Shown piece by piece: positions 45,975 to 58,926 of a DNA stretch of 64,000 nucleotides. Origin of the DNA: Ascidiella aspersa (Eukaryota); the NCBI GenBank assembly GCA_963924565.1, contig OZ004613.1, positions 6,324,001-6,388,000 on the forward strand. The letters run 5' to 3'. How positions within the stretch are numbered: position 1 is the first letter of the stretch; every line of letters starts with the position of its first letter. The notes under the pieces are model-generated. The model did not search any database, was not told the DNA's origin, and saw nothing but the letters and a program-made list of their open reading frames with translations. A program made the position numbers and the translations under genes.

Positions 45975-48969
45975 ATGAGCGACCGATATTTGCGTCACAA
46001 AACCGTGCCGGTTTATGACGACGATGACGCCGTTATGGACGAGATTGACGGCAAGCGGACCTACGACGTTCAGGATAAGCTCAAGAACCCGAAGTACGAC
46101 GCAGAATGCGTGCTGGAACTGGAAGGCTCCGAAATGACGTTCGAGCGCATTCAGAAGCTCGGCCTGACCAACCCGATAAGGATCAAAGTCAAAGACGGCC
46201 TGGGTGGGTTGTGCTGCTGTTGTTGTTGCAAACACGATAGCGCGTTTGTTTGTTTGACATTCATTATAATTTAACAATTAAATTGGTGTTATTTTAAGAG
46301 AATTGTAGTTTGGTAATGTGTAATCTTTATGATTAAAAAATTAAAATCCTGAGAATAGAAAAACTATAAGATTATTTATGGTATAAACTACAAAACTATT
46401 TGTGCAAAATAGATAAATATATGGCTGTAAATAAAATAATACTGTTCTCGAGTAATTGCAACTTTTTTAAAATTTTTGGTAATTTGTTAAATATCGCTTC
46501 AAAACAATTAATTTTTTATACTTTTTTCCAGGACTGACTGTCCCTGACAGTTCTACCTTCAGCGTATCCAATGTGCGAGCTTTGGTTGGGGGTAGAAGGA
46601 TGGTTGACGTGATGGAATGCAAGACACAAAGAGCACTGGAGATGTCCATGCGTGACTTTGAACACTACTTTGAGGGTAAAGACAGGAGACACATCTACAA
46701 CGTCATTTCCCTGGAATTCTCGCAGTCACGCCTGGAATCCTTTGTTCAGAGGCCAAAGGTCATCGACTGCTTGGACTGGATCGACCTGGTTTGGCCACAG
46801 CACCTAAAGATGACCCAGATCGAGCAAACCAACAAGCTGCAGCACATGAAGTACCCCAAAGTGCAGAAGTACTGCCTGATGTCGGTGGCTGGATGCTACA
46901 CTGACTTTCACATAGACTTTGGTGGCACCTCGGTTTGGTATCACATCCTTAAGGGCGGAAAAATATTCTGGCTGATAGAGCCAAATAACGAAAATCTTGG
47001 ACTTTATGAAAGGTGGACAATGTCTGGCAACCAGGGTGACATTTTCTTCGGCGACATGGTTTCGAAATGCCAAAGACTTGAACTTGAAGCTGGCAATTCT
47101 TTAATTATACCTAGCGGCTGGATTCATGCAGTCTACACACCACTTGATTCTATTGTTTTCGGTGGTAACTTCTTGCATTCTTTCAATATTCCAATGCAGC
47201 TACGGATTGCGCAAATAGAAGAGAGGCTGCATGTGCCTAACAGATTCCGGTTTCCATTTTTCTCCGAAGTCCTGTGGTATGCTCTCGAAAGGTACGTTCA
47301 CTGCTTGACTGGAAACACTTTTCTCGATGATGAATTTCAAGGTGAAAATATGCTTGGACAGGGATCAAAGAATCACGGCGAAGAAAAAGAGAACAAAGAG
47401 TATGTTCACCTCACTCCTTTCGAATACAAGGGGTTGCAGAAAATGATAGAAACACTGGAGTATTTACCAAGAAATAAAAAGTGTGTCCCAGATGGCATAA
47501 TTAGACCTGAAGAGTTGCTTCAAGCAGGAAAAACATTGCTGGACCATCATTCAGGTGACGATTTCGAACTTGCAATTACAGGAAAAGCAAAAGCCTTCTG
47601 GCCAGTTGTAAAAAAAATGGATTTTGCTAAGTTGCCTAAGAAACCCCGCTTGTACAGTACATCGACGCCATCGCAAAAGAAAACACCAAGCGGGATGCGT
47701 GTACGAAGAGTGCGTTGCAAGCAATGCGAAGCGTGTCAAAGAGGCGATTGCATGGAGTGCGTGTTTTGCAAAGATATGCGTAAATATGGAGGGCCTGGTA
47801 CCATGAAGCAAACCTGTATTTTAAGACGCTGCGTGAATCCGATTCTACCCTCAACAGTTAAAGACGAACCCATCCCAGATGTGACAAGTCAGCCAACACC
47901 ACCTGACACTCCACAGACACCAACGCCAACCCCAAAACCAAACAAGCGAGGTAAAAAGCGGGTTGGTTCAAATGAATTTGAAACGCCGGTAAAAATAACC
48001 AAAGTAGAAACGGACATAAGTCTTATGGAAGAGGAAGAAATATCACCACCGTCTCGACCGGCTGTTCCACGCATCTTTGTGTCCCGAGTTTCCATCAACG
48101 AGCTTTCGAAATACGCTGTGAGGCCACCAGAACCCCTTCCAACTCAACAGGATAATCCTGATTTGAGCGAAAAGGCATGGATGAGCGTGTTTCAATATCT
48201 ACCGCAAACAACGCTGATAAAATGCATGTGCGTGTGCAAGGACTTTCTAAGGTGGTGTGCCTTGCCAAAATTTTGGGAAAAAGTAGATCTTACAAACAAG
48301 AAAGTTAACAGCATCCTTCTGCCAACACTTGTGCGAAGGGCTCCGAAGATTCTTAATCTCTCGCAAACCAACATTACCTATCGCCAGTTACTCTGGCTTC
48401 TTGAAAGATCTCCAGCAATCCGTGAACTGACTCTGGTGCGATGTTCTTGGGCGGCTGCAGCTGCCTTAGCAACCGCTTCTTGTCCTCCATTGAGACTCCT
48501 GGATCTGTCTTGGACGACAGGATTTACCGATTCGCATCTCAAGCAGCTCTTGTCTACTGCGAATGACGCCAGACCTGGACAAGAACTGAAAAACACAAGA
48601 CTCCAGTTTTGCGAAGAGCTTTCGCTTGCCGGGACAGATATCACAAACGCTGGAGTTAAGCTAATTGTCAGCACACTCCCATATCTAAAAACTCTAAACC
48701 TTAGCTTTTGTCAAATAACTGACGAATGTTTTAAGCATCTGCTGAATCCAAAGGGAGAAGAACAGTCAAAACTGCACACCATCATTGCTCAGCATTGTCA
48801 TAAGCTCACAGATGGCGCCTTGGAAAATCCGATGACTCTTCAGCGAGTTATTGAAATCGATTTTCGTGGGAATCAACAAATTACCGAAAATGCGTGCAAT
48901 GAGTTTATCGAAATGTCAGATCTTGATTTGTCCCAACCGGAAAGTTTGTTAATTAAGGGTCTGCAGTAA
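45975..48969 (+). CDS. KDM2: Lysine demethylase KDM2 (FBXL10/11, JHDM1) ortholog: JmjC, CXXC, F-box, LRR; ~888 aa
   Basis: Exons 45975-46203 (DEIDGKRTYDVQDKL) and 46532-48969. JmjC YPKVQKYCLMS..TDFHIDFGGTSVWYH..SGWIHAVYTP; CXXC RRVRCKQCEAC..C..C..CKDMRKYGGPG..KQTC; F-box WMSVFQYL; C-terminal LRRs. Confidence 0.96.
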
Positions 48970-50487
48970 AATGATTATTTTATTTTCTAGTGGTACAATA
49001 AATTGTGTTTTGTGCATGATATACAGAATATTTGTTATGTATAGAAGCACATTTTGATTTTTGTAGGTTATGCCAAAGTAGTTATTGTTTTGTTAGATTT
49101 TGTTTAAAAATTGTGGTCAGTCATAAGTTTAATTTTAGTTGTGGTGTACATATTTTAAGTTTCATTCATTGTTTGCATGATTCAACTTCTTTTCTGTTAA
49201 ATAAAAATGCATTGAGTTGTACCTATATAACTATTTTACAATTTTCCACAGAACAGCATTCACATCTTGACTAATTATAATTAATAGTAAATGTACAATC
49301 AATCTACACATAGAATAAAATAGTATTCCGTTGAGTTCTTTATTGGTAGATAACCAAAAAACGTTAAACATTTTTAATCATAAACGGTGTATCAACTTTA
49401 AAATCATTCAAAGTAAATTATTAACATACCAAACTATAATTGAGTTGCCACTTAATTTTTCTAAATTGTAAATTATTTTTAGGTTTGAAATTATCATACA
49501 TAAAAATAGCATTTTCTCAAATATGAACGTCTATCTGATTTAGTTCAACTACTCAGTTGGAAACTTTTTAACATTATAAACTAATACACATCACTATATA
49601 CAATCTTTATTCGCTGCACCTATTATACTTATTCTATTTCAATGTTGTGATGAAACTGATAACAAACGGATCACGTGACTTTAAGCACGGGAATTACCCA
49701 TACAGAGCCAAATCCCAAGTTCATTGCTAATTTTAGTATAAAAATGCTTAGTGTTTTGACTTTTGCGTTCTGTTATATTTTAAATAAAAAAAGATTGGTT
49801 TTAAAACATCAATGTTGTTCGGGAGTAGTAGGATCTCATGCACAACTGGTAAGTTGTATAAAAGGTTTGTAATGAAATGTTGTAGCAGCCTATTATATTT
49901 GTAAAAAGTGCGAAAATAAAATTTAATGTTCACGCTATAATACCTAATGAAACATGATTTTGTGACTTGTGTTTACTGTTAAAGCTATTTAAATAAATTT
50001 TGAAAGTACACTAGATGTCGCTGTTCTGTGATTTAGAATGTTATTTTCTCCATTATTAGGTTTTTCTGTAACAAATTTTTCTGCTTGAATCTTTGAGAAA
50101 ATCACCCTGCACTTTTAAGAAACACATTTTATGTTTATATAATTAGACCTTTTTAACTAGGTATGTTTATCTAATTTAATTAGGTATGTCTATCTGTCTT
50201 ACCGATTCAGCATCTGTTAACAACAAGAAGTAACAAAACACAGTTAAATCCGCAATACAATCTAATGTTAGGCTTACATAAACATCTAAAGTTAATTTAC
50301 CTTCTTTAACCTCACTATTCTCATATGTCAGGTAAAAATCAATTCTCAGGCATAGTTGTTATTATGTCGTAAAAAATGTTGACAATACTTGACACAAAGA
50401 TAGCAATAAAGTAAATAGAAAAACAATTTTAAGTGTAGAAAAGGTAGTAGAAATTATTCGTAAAACTAACGTCATTAACACATTGAT

Positions 50488-51979
50488 TTAATGTGAGTAC
50501 TTTTTCCATGGTCTGTACATTTTAAATTCCGGACATAAAACGTTAAACTTAAACTCAGGATCATTTAGGCGATACATCACAAAGTGACCCTTCATAGAGC
50601 CGCTATCTTTGAAGCAGGTCATACTCTGCCAGCAATACTTGGCCCCCGGTGTCATCACAGGGTATTCACCAACAACTCCACTACCGGAAATTGTTTCAGT
50701 TTCGTGGGTGAAATCATCGGTAACTTGCCAAAATCTGCTCTCCAATTTGCAGGAATGCTCCTTAGGGGCATCCGCCGCCATTTCCATTGATATAAAATAG
50801 TCATATCTGGCTTGGTTTTTATAGCATGGACCAAAAGCCCACCTGACTGTTACTGTGATGTGCCCAGTGGTCGCTTTAACCTCGGTACAGGCATCATACA
50901 CCATAAGCTTACCATCAAGTAAAAAGTAAGAGTTTGAGGTCAGCTTTGCAGAAAAATCTGCCAACCATTGACCAAACGACTCTGCAACAAGAAACAAGTC
51001 TGCTCCTTTAAATAAAGAAACTGCCAAAACTAGATTTTTACCCGAGGTACGGTTTTCGTCTAAAAGTTGCACAAAGTCAAAAACTATTTCCCGTTTAAAG
51101 GAACTTGTTATGTGGATCTGACTGGTTTCATGATACAAAATACTGACATCTTCCAAAGGAAGCAAAAAGTTCCGAACAAAGCGGTCATCGCCCAAATCAG
51201 TCTGATCATACAGGTGGCCTAAAAGAGGAATTCCACAGTTCTGCCCTTTGTGTATTTTATATGACAGCCTCAGGTCCAATGGTAGTTTAATTCTGTGCAG
51301 ATTTTCAAATTCCTCGAGTTCTTCTTCCGTGGCGCTGCACTGCAAATCAATTTGCTCCAACATACAATTGTCTCTGTACCATGTTTCAATGCTGTTCCAT
51401 GCACCTTTAACCTGCAAGGAAAATAAGTGAAACTATAAAAAAAGAAATTGGAGTGATTGAAACATGGTTGCTAACTATAAGGTATTGATAGATGTGTTTA
51501 TGTAATGGTTATCATTGCGACCAAATGTCGGTTGTTTAATTTTGCTTTCCATTTATTTATTTCACTCTTAACCGTGTACCTACACATGTATTCTGAGGAT
51601 ATTGCGATCAGGGAACAGCGGACTTGTTTAAGTCCATAAAAAGTGAACAAATAAGCCTTGTTAAAACAGATAATTCAACTAAAATTTTTTTATTTTTTTG
51701 AAGATAATTATTAATGCATACCTGGCGATAAACACCAATGTATTTTCCATTTTCCTTGTAAATTTCCTGGAATTCCTCTTTCCAGGAGTTTTTGGTTTGC
51801 AATTTGTCAACTAGCCAGAAGTATTTACACTGCGGTTTCCAGATTTCATTGCTTGAGGCCACTTCATTCCATTGTTTGCAGACCTCGCTCACCCTTATCA
51901 AGGTTGAGTATTTTAAATACTTGAATACCTCGTAGAGCACAATACCTGATACGATTCTATCTACTTCAACAATCTCCAT
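50488..51979 (-). CDS. FBXO3: F-box only protein 3 (F-box + SMI1/KNR4 + ApaG), ~393 aa
   Basis: Exons 51722-51979 (F-box) and 50488-51411 (ATEEELEEFE..KLPLDLRLSYKIHKGQ; ApaG CKLESRFW..GSGVVGEYP). Confidence 0.9.
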
Positions 51980-52242
51980 GTTCTAAACTTGAACGCAAAA
52001 CAATTGACCTACGCAAAAAACAAAAGATTAGAAATAAGATAAATATTAGAATTATTCAATAGAATTGTGAAACATTTGGCACTAACACTTTGCATAGAAA
52101 CCAATAAATAAACAAGTAATTACAAATATAAAATCTGATTGAATGGATTACATATAATATTACTATGCATTAAAAGATGTACGCCATACATTAGAAATAA
52201 GTTTTTGGAAAATATGATTTGCTAAATCATGAGCGTTGATTT

Positions 52243-53016
52243 TCATGCCATTAAGCCACCAGTGATTTCAAGCGACGCTCCATTTACATAAGAACTTTCA
52301 TCACTTGCAAGAAACAAGCAAGCATTCGCAACTTCAACAGGTTTTCCAAAACGCTGCATCGGATTCATTTGCAAACTGGCCTCAAGATAGGCCTTATTAA
52401 TGCCATCGAGGATTGGTGTTTCAATGAAACCAGGCAGTACAGCATTGCACCTGACGCCGAACCTGGCCGTCTCAATGCAAGTTGACTTGGTAAAAGCAAC
52501 CACTCCAGCTTTAGCAGCAGCGTAACTAGAAAGATGACTCATTCCCATTTTTCCAGCTAGGCTGGCGATGTTCACGATACTGGCGTCTGCGCTTTTCTTG
52601 TCGCTTCCAAGCTCCAGTCGCTGCAGAAATTCCTTAGTAAAGTTGAACACGCTGTTTAGGTTCAAACCCACCACAAAATCAAAATCAGACGTGGTGGTTT
52701 TGACAATTGAGGAGTCACGTCCGCCACCAGCAGAATTGATTAGGACATTGCAATTCTGTCCGAAATGAGATTTGGTTGTAGAAAATGTTTCAGAAGCTGC
52801 AGTTTCTTTAACCACGTTGCACTGCAGCATGGCCACATTGTGATTATATTTATCATTCAGTTTTTGGTAAGAATCTTCAAGTGTTTCTTGATTGCGATCC
52901 ACCATCATAACTCTGGAACCTTCTGCCAGAAAGCGTTCGCAAACAGCTTTTCCAATGCCACTTGCAGCTCCAGTAACTACAGCCACTTTTCCGTTTAACC
53001 TACCAACTTGTGCCAT
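52243..53016 (-). CDS. Classical SDR, HSD17B8/FabG-like, intact and intronless (copy A)
   Basis: TGAASGIG, NSAG, S..YAAAK, RCNAVLPGFIETP, FLASDESSYVNG. Confidence 0.9.
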   Translation of the reverse strand: MAQVGRLNGKVAVVTGAASGIGKAVCERFLAEGSRVMMVDRNQETLEDSYQKLNDKYNHNVAMLQCNVVKETAASETFSTTKSHFGQNCNVLINSAGGGRDSSIVKTTTSDFDFVVGLNLNSVFNFTKEFLQRLELGSDKKSADASIVNIASLAGKMGMSHLSSYAAAKAGVVAFTKSTCIETARFGVRCNAVLPGFIETPILDGINKAYLEASLQMNPMQRFGKPVEVANACLFLASDESSYVNGASLEITGGLMA

Positions 53017-53172
53017 TTTTTATACTGGAAAAAAGCAAGATTCTTGTTAATAATTATAAAACTTACCATACATACATGTATGGCTACTTTGCTTGGTGCA
53101 CTTATTTTTTAAAACCTAATATCATAAATTTCCTTGTTATGAATTTTTTTAAGTTGTTAAATGTTGAATTAG

Positions 53173-53552
53173 CCGTGTTGTAATGACTTAAGTCAAATGA
53201 CTTGTCTTTTGGGCAAATGACTTGGGTTAAAATAAATTGTTTTAATTAAGCAACTAATTATAAAATTGCGTTATTTAGCCCAATCTTTGTACATAAAAGA
53301 ATTTGCTTGTTAGTTTCTCATAATAATCTTAGGAGTTTGCCGGTTTTCATAATTTAAAGTTTTATTTTTTTGACAAGGGCTGGACTTGAAGTTGACTTGC
53401 TCTAATTATGGCTTGATTGGGCTTGACTTGGGCAACCGATGACTTGGACTGGGACTTGACTTGTTATTTATTCAAAAAGACTTGACTTGTACTTAAGTTA
53501 TTTTCCGAATGACTTGACTGGGTCATTTCAAAATGACTTGTTTACAACACTG
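53173..53552. mobile_element. Complete copy of the GACTT-repeat hAT-like MITE
   Basis: C(C)GTGTTGTAA / TTACAACACTG ends; TSD TGAATTAG / TGTATTAG. Confidence 0.7.
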
Positions 53553-53820
53553 TGTATTAGTGAGGTATAAAGAAAATATTTGAATGAAATATTTGGCAAT
53601 CCCATTAAATCAGCAAACAGTATTAAAATAATTTTACTTTAAAATTGTTACAAACAAGTCTGATAAAAGTCAATATGAAACACAAAGAAAATTGAAGTAT
53701 GCTAAGCTGCAATTGATTTAATCTTCTAATTGTAATAGGTTTAATTGCACATAAGAAAACAGTTCAACAAACTGATGAAGAATTGAGGATGACAATTTCC
53801 ACTCTTAACTATAAAAACAT

Positions 53821-54544
53821 TTAAGGCATAAAACCACCAGTAATTTCAAGTGACGCTCCGTTGACGTAAGAGCTTTCATCGCTTGCCAGAAGCAAACAAA
53901 CATTAGCAACTTCGACGGGCTTTCCAAATCGCCTCATTGGAATCAAATGCTTGCCAAGGTCAATAATTTCTTTGTCGAGGGAAGCTAAGATAGGAGTATC
54001 AATAAATCCTGGCAAGATGGCATTGCATCTGACACCATACTTAGTGATCTCAATGCATGTTGACTTGGTGGAGCGGCAGCGTAGGGCGAGGCATTTTCCA
54101 TTCCTAGTTTTCCCGCCATGCTAGAGATGTTAACGATATTTGCGCCTGTTGCATCTTTGTTCTTTCCAAGCTTAAGTCAGACGCCGTTCAGGTTAATTCC
54201 GACTATATGATTAAATGTAGAAGTGGTAGTATCAACAACAGGAGCTATAGTTCCACCACCAGCACAATTGACTAGAAGATTTATAATTCTGTTTGAATTG
54301 GTAGTGTGTACTTGAAAAAGCCTCAGACGTTGTCAGTTGAAACATCGCAGTGAGTCATTGAAACGCTGCTTTTATATTTGGTATCCAGTTTCTGGTAGGT
54401 GTCTTTGGGATTTTCTTGATTCCAATCAACCATTATTACTTTGGAACCTTCGGCCAGAAATCGTTCGCAAATTGCCTTTTCGATACCACTGGCTGCACCT
54501 GTGATCACCGCTAATTTTCTGTGCAGCCTTCAAACCTGTGCCAT
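53821..54544 (-). pseudogene. HSD17B8-like SDR pseudogene (copy B)
   Basis: ATG GCA CAG GTT TGA stop at codon 5, plus frameshifts and deletions after VNLN and after the catalytic Tyr; 3' end homologous to copy A. Confidence 0.85.
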
Positions 54545-55054
54545 TTTTAACTTCAAAATACAATAACCTATAGCTGTGGCAACACCTTGAAAACAGTAAG
54601 GTGTTTTTTGTTTGCTGGCACAGTTAAATGCAAATATTATATTTCATTTTAGAAACTTTTTCAATAAAAAACATTTTAAACATTTTATTGTCTTAAGTTA
54701 GAATCCTGAATTAATAGGAATCAAACTGGGATCTGCTACACCTGGTATAATTTTTTAATTTTTCTTGTAAAATATATAAAGTTTATATAGGATCCCTTTT
54801 TCAAAAAATATTTTCAGCTCTTGTTTCAGCTCAAGAATTCACCACTCAGGGAGAATTTTATATTTTTCTGAGCCACCAAATGTTTGGCAATTGTTTATGT
54901 AATGGTGCAAAAACTTGTCCAAATTCTGTTTGGAATTCTGTTCTGAATTATTTTTGCTTGTTATTCTCAGAAGTAGGTAAATTTTAAAATATATTTTTGC
55001 AAATGTTTGGAAACTCTGTAGTTTGTTCTGTGACTTTTCTAAGGAAAAAATCGG

Positions 55055-55291
55055 GGTGTTGGTCTAGAATCCCACTACAACAAACAATATTAGGGTTGGT
55101 TAAGAAATGTTATTAAATAATCACACTGTGGTAGGATTGTAGACCAGCGCAATTCTGGCCACACGTTACAAATTATTAAAGCAACACACAATATTTGGGT
55201 TGGGAGTCGGTTAGTGTTTGGTGAGGGTAGGTCAAGTATTATAACCCAAAAGTCCCAAATAAGCGTTGTGGTAGGATTCTAGACCAGCACC
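55055..55291. mobile_element. MITE with ~27-bp TIRs; relatives at ~34035-34225, ~35986-36140, ~23605
   Basis: GGTGTTGGTCTAGAATCCCACTACAAC / GTTGTGGTAGGATTCTAGACCAGCACC. Confidence 0.65.
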
Positions 55292-57397
55292 AAATTTTTT
55301 TTGCTTGTTTTTTTCAGAAAGAGTAGTACTTTTAAAATATATTGTTGCAAAATGTTTGAAAACTTCGTTGGGCCATCATATATTTTTGTCGGCTAACAGT
55401 CGTGATGTGCCAAATCATTATCCATCAGGCCAGCCAGCATTCTGTGGCAGATTACATCGCACACAAGTGAGTAAATTTAAAGTAAATGTGAGTGACCAAT
55501 ATTACGCAATACGCGTGCATATCTTTTTGCTAAATTGCAATGCTTCTGCAAAAAATTATTAATGGTAAAACTGAAGCGTGTTTGGTTAATCATGCATGAC
55601 ATTTACATAAACAACATAGAGATCAGAATAACAATAACAGAGACGAATGTAACCCCCTAAATTGTTTAGTTGTCTGTGTATTGGCGGTAATCTTAAACTT
55701 TTATGTAATGTTAAATAAACTAAAGACAGTTATTTTATCCAAAAGTTAGTGATTAATATTTTCAATAATGCACCGTACAAAGTTCAATCATAAAATTAAC
55801 CACAAAGAATAATATTGAAAATATCGCTTATGCCAAAATCATTTTTACTACAAGTGAAATCTTAAATAAACCAAAATATTCATGGTTCAATCCGTTTGGG
55901 TTTAGTAGGTTTGTAGCTCGTACAAATCGAACACGTTTTTTTTTTTCAGTTCATAAGGAGCCGATTCTAATTTTTTGTATTATGGATATTTTATCAGGTG
56001 AATATAAAGCACTTATCACAGATAATTAACGTAGTAAGGATAGGCCTCCTTCTGAGATTAACCGTAGGCTATAAATCGGTACCTGACAAAAAATAAAACC
56101 TGCAGCAGCGCAAAAATATTGAAAACAATGCTTTTAAAAAATAGTTGCTTGCTTTTCTATTTGGTTATGAAACTTGAATTATAAACAAATTACAATTAAA
56201 TTGTAATTTTACATCTGACCCATAGTTATAGGTTTACCGCAACTTACATTGAAACTTAAAGCAGAACTTGATAATCCGGTTGGGAAATAATTTTGGTCGA
56301 ACCAGAACGGGACGGGAGCGTTTAAACTGCTCCAAACCGAAACAGGTACTAAACTTATATCGAAAACGAACCTGAACCTTGCCGACACTTCACCGGAAGA
56401 TCTAAACGGCTGGACACACTGGCTAGAATACGGCTATTAAAAAAATATCCCAACTGAGAAAAAATATTCATGAAGCAAATATTATTGGTTTCCCTGGTTT
56501 TAATTTGGTGGCTGCTCATAAGAGCCACAATCACGTTTTAGACATGTCCTATTTAAACCTTGAAGAAAGAGCACGTTTCGTCAAATCAATTTTTAAAAAC
56601 CCGTTAAAAATGATGAGTTTTTGGAACGTGTAATCTCAATTTCGTAAACCGGGGTCAAACAAGTAACGATTTCTGATGACTTTGCCATTACAAGTGAATG
56701 CCTTCGTAAAATAGCCTACCATGACTTTGCAGAATGTATTTGACCACGTTAGCGAAAGGTAGTCGGTTAATCATTAACCCTTTGCTCTGTGCTGTTACCG
56801 CCAAACAGTGCAACACGGTTATTTAACTTATTTAAGCAAAAAAACAATTTCTTTAAGGGACATTATGCCTATGAAAGAGTGGGAATTTTAATCACTCAAT
56901 AAAACTAATATGAGCTATCGCAGGGATGGGCAATTATTTTTGACAGCGAGCCGCATGAGAAACAGAAAAAGGGCCTAGTCAAAAACAGGAGCTGAAATAC
57001 GCATAATACAAAAAAATATTTATTTCAAAATAAATACAAGCGTGTTTCCTTTTTGAAATAATGCTTCAAATGTAACTTTTTCTTGACAAGCTGGTAAGAT
57101 TAGGAATATGTGTGGATACCATACAAGTGTATTTTATTCAACAGAATATTTTTATTTTTGCTTAAAAAAGTTTTTTCGAGTAAGCCGCTGGTTGGAACAA
57201 ACTGCTGAGCGGGTCGGATTCGTTCTGGTTGCTGTGATTTTCCCAGGTTTGAGCTATAGACAGACAATTTACTAACTTTTAGTTTATTGTTGCAAAAAAA
57301 AACTTTGCAAAAACAACAAGGCATGCAAAGGTTTTACAAAATGTACATAATATTTTATAGCTTTTAAATTTTGATATATTTAAAGAAAGCTTAGCAT

Positions 57398-58119
<722 letters not shown>

Positions 58120-58433
58120 CTAGATTTCCTCACAGCGTAAAAGCGAACTGACACAGCCACCTTTCAGTGTTAGTCGATTGCAGTTGGCATTTCACGCATG
58201 AATAAGCACGACTGACTGGCGCTTTTGTATGTCAAGGTTGAATACATTACCTGAAAAAAGCATAACTTGTGTCTGCATCCTTCCTTTAGTGTTTCGTATA
58301 TTGCTTCATTAAACATTAAACTATTACTTTCTATTAGTGTGATATTCTTCGTTCAGCCCAATTTGACTACCACTTCTTAATAAAGATTTTTTTAGAGTTG
58401 CAGCAAATGAGTATTTGAAGCGAACGTTTAAGG

Positions 58434-58926
58434 CCGGGATGTCCAACCTTTTAGCAGAATAGGCCACATTGCCACTTTAAAATTTTCGATGCGCCGCAAA
58501 ACCCATTAAATTAAAGGGGTGACGTCATAGGTTTCGTCATATCGTGACGTCATAAACAACTTTACTTACAAACACCCGATCTTCCAGAGTGAACTCGTGC
58601 GCAAATATAAAAGTGAATTTCGGCCTAATCGCGCGAAGTGCGCAAAATTGTTTACATTCCGTATCATGCCATGATACGACACCTTCAGGCTGATATATTT
58701 TCCTAAAACGATCCGCAAAAAACACATTTAGAATACACAAATATTGCTTAACAATGTTGGGTACGCAAGTGTTTAATGGTTAGACTCCGTTATAGTCCCA
58801 GAAAAGATATTAGATTAGGCTTACATCAAATACTGCGCGTTTTACACGTTTTGATGATAGTCGAAACAATTGTTTCGAATGAAGGCTACTGAAAGTGGCC
58901 CGCGGGTCGCAGGTTGGACATCCCTG
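58434..58926. mobile_element. hAT MITE (same TIR family as 33131-33310)
   Basis: C(C)GGGATGTCCAACCT / AGGTTGGACATCCCTG; perfect TSD GTTTAAGG. Confidence 0.82.

Noticed and set aside
39214-48674. Antisense and overlapping ORFs inside INTS6 and KDM2
   Set aside because: Shadow ORFs of GC-richer coding sequence with no recognisable motifs.
52051-52065. ATTCTATTGAATAAT (minus strand) resembling the Ciona spliced leader upstream of FBXO3
   Set aside because: Short, AT-only, with an indel and a mismatch; a similar string occurs near 14240, so it is likely chance.
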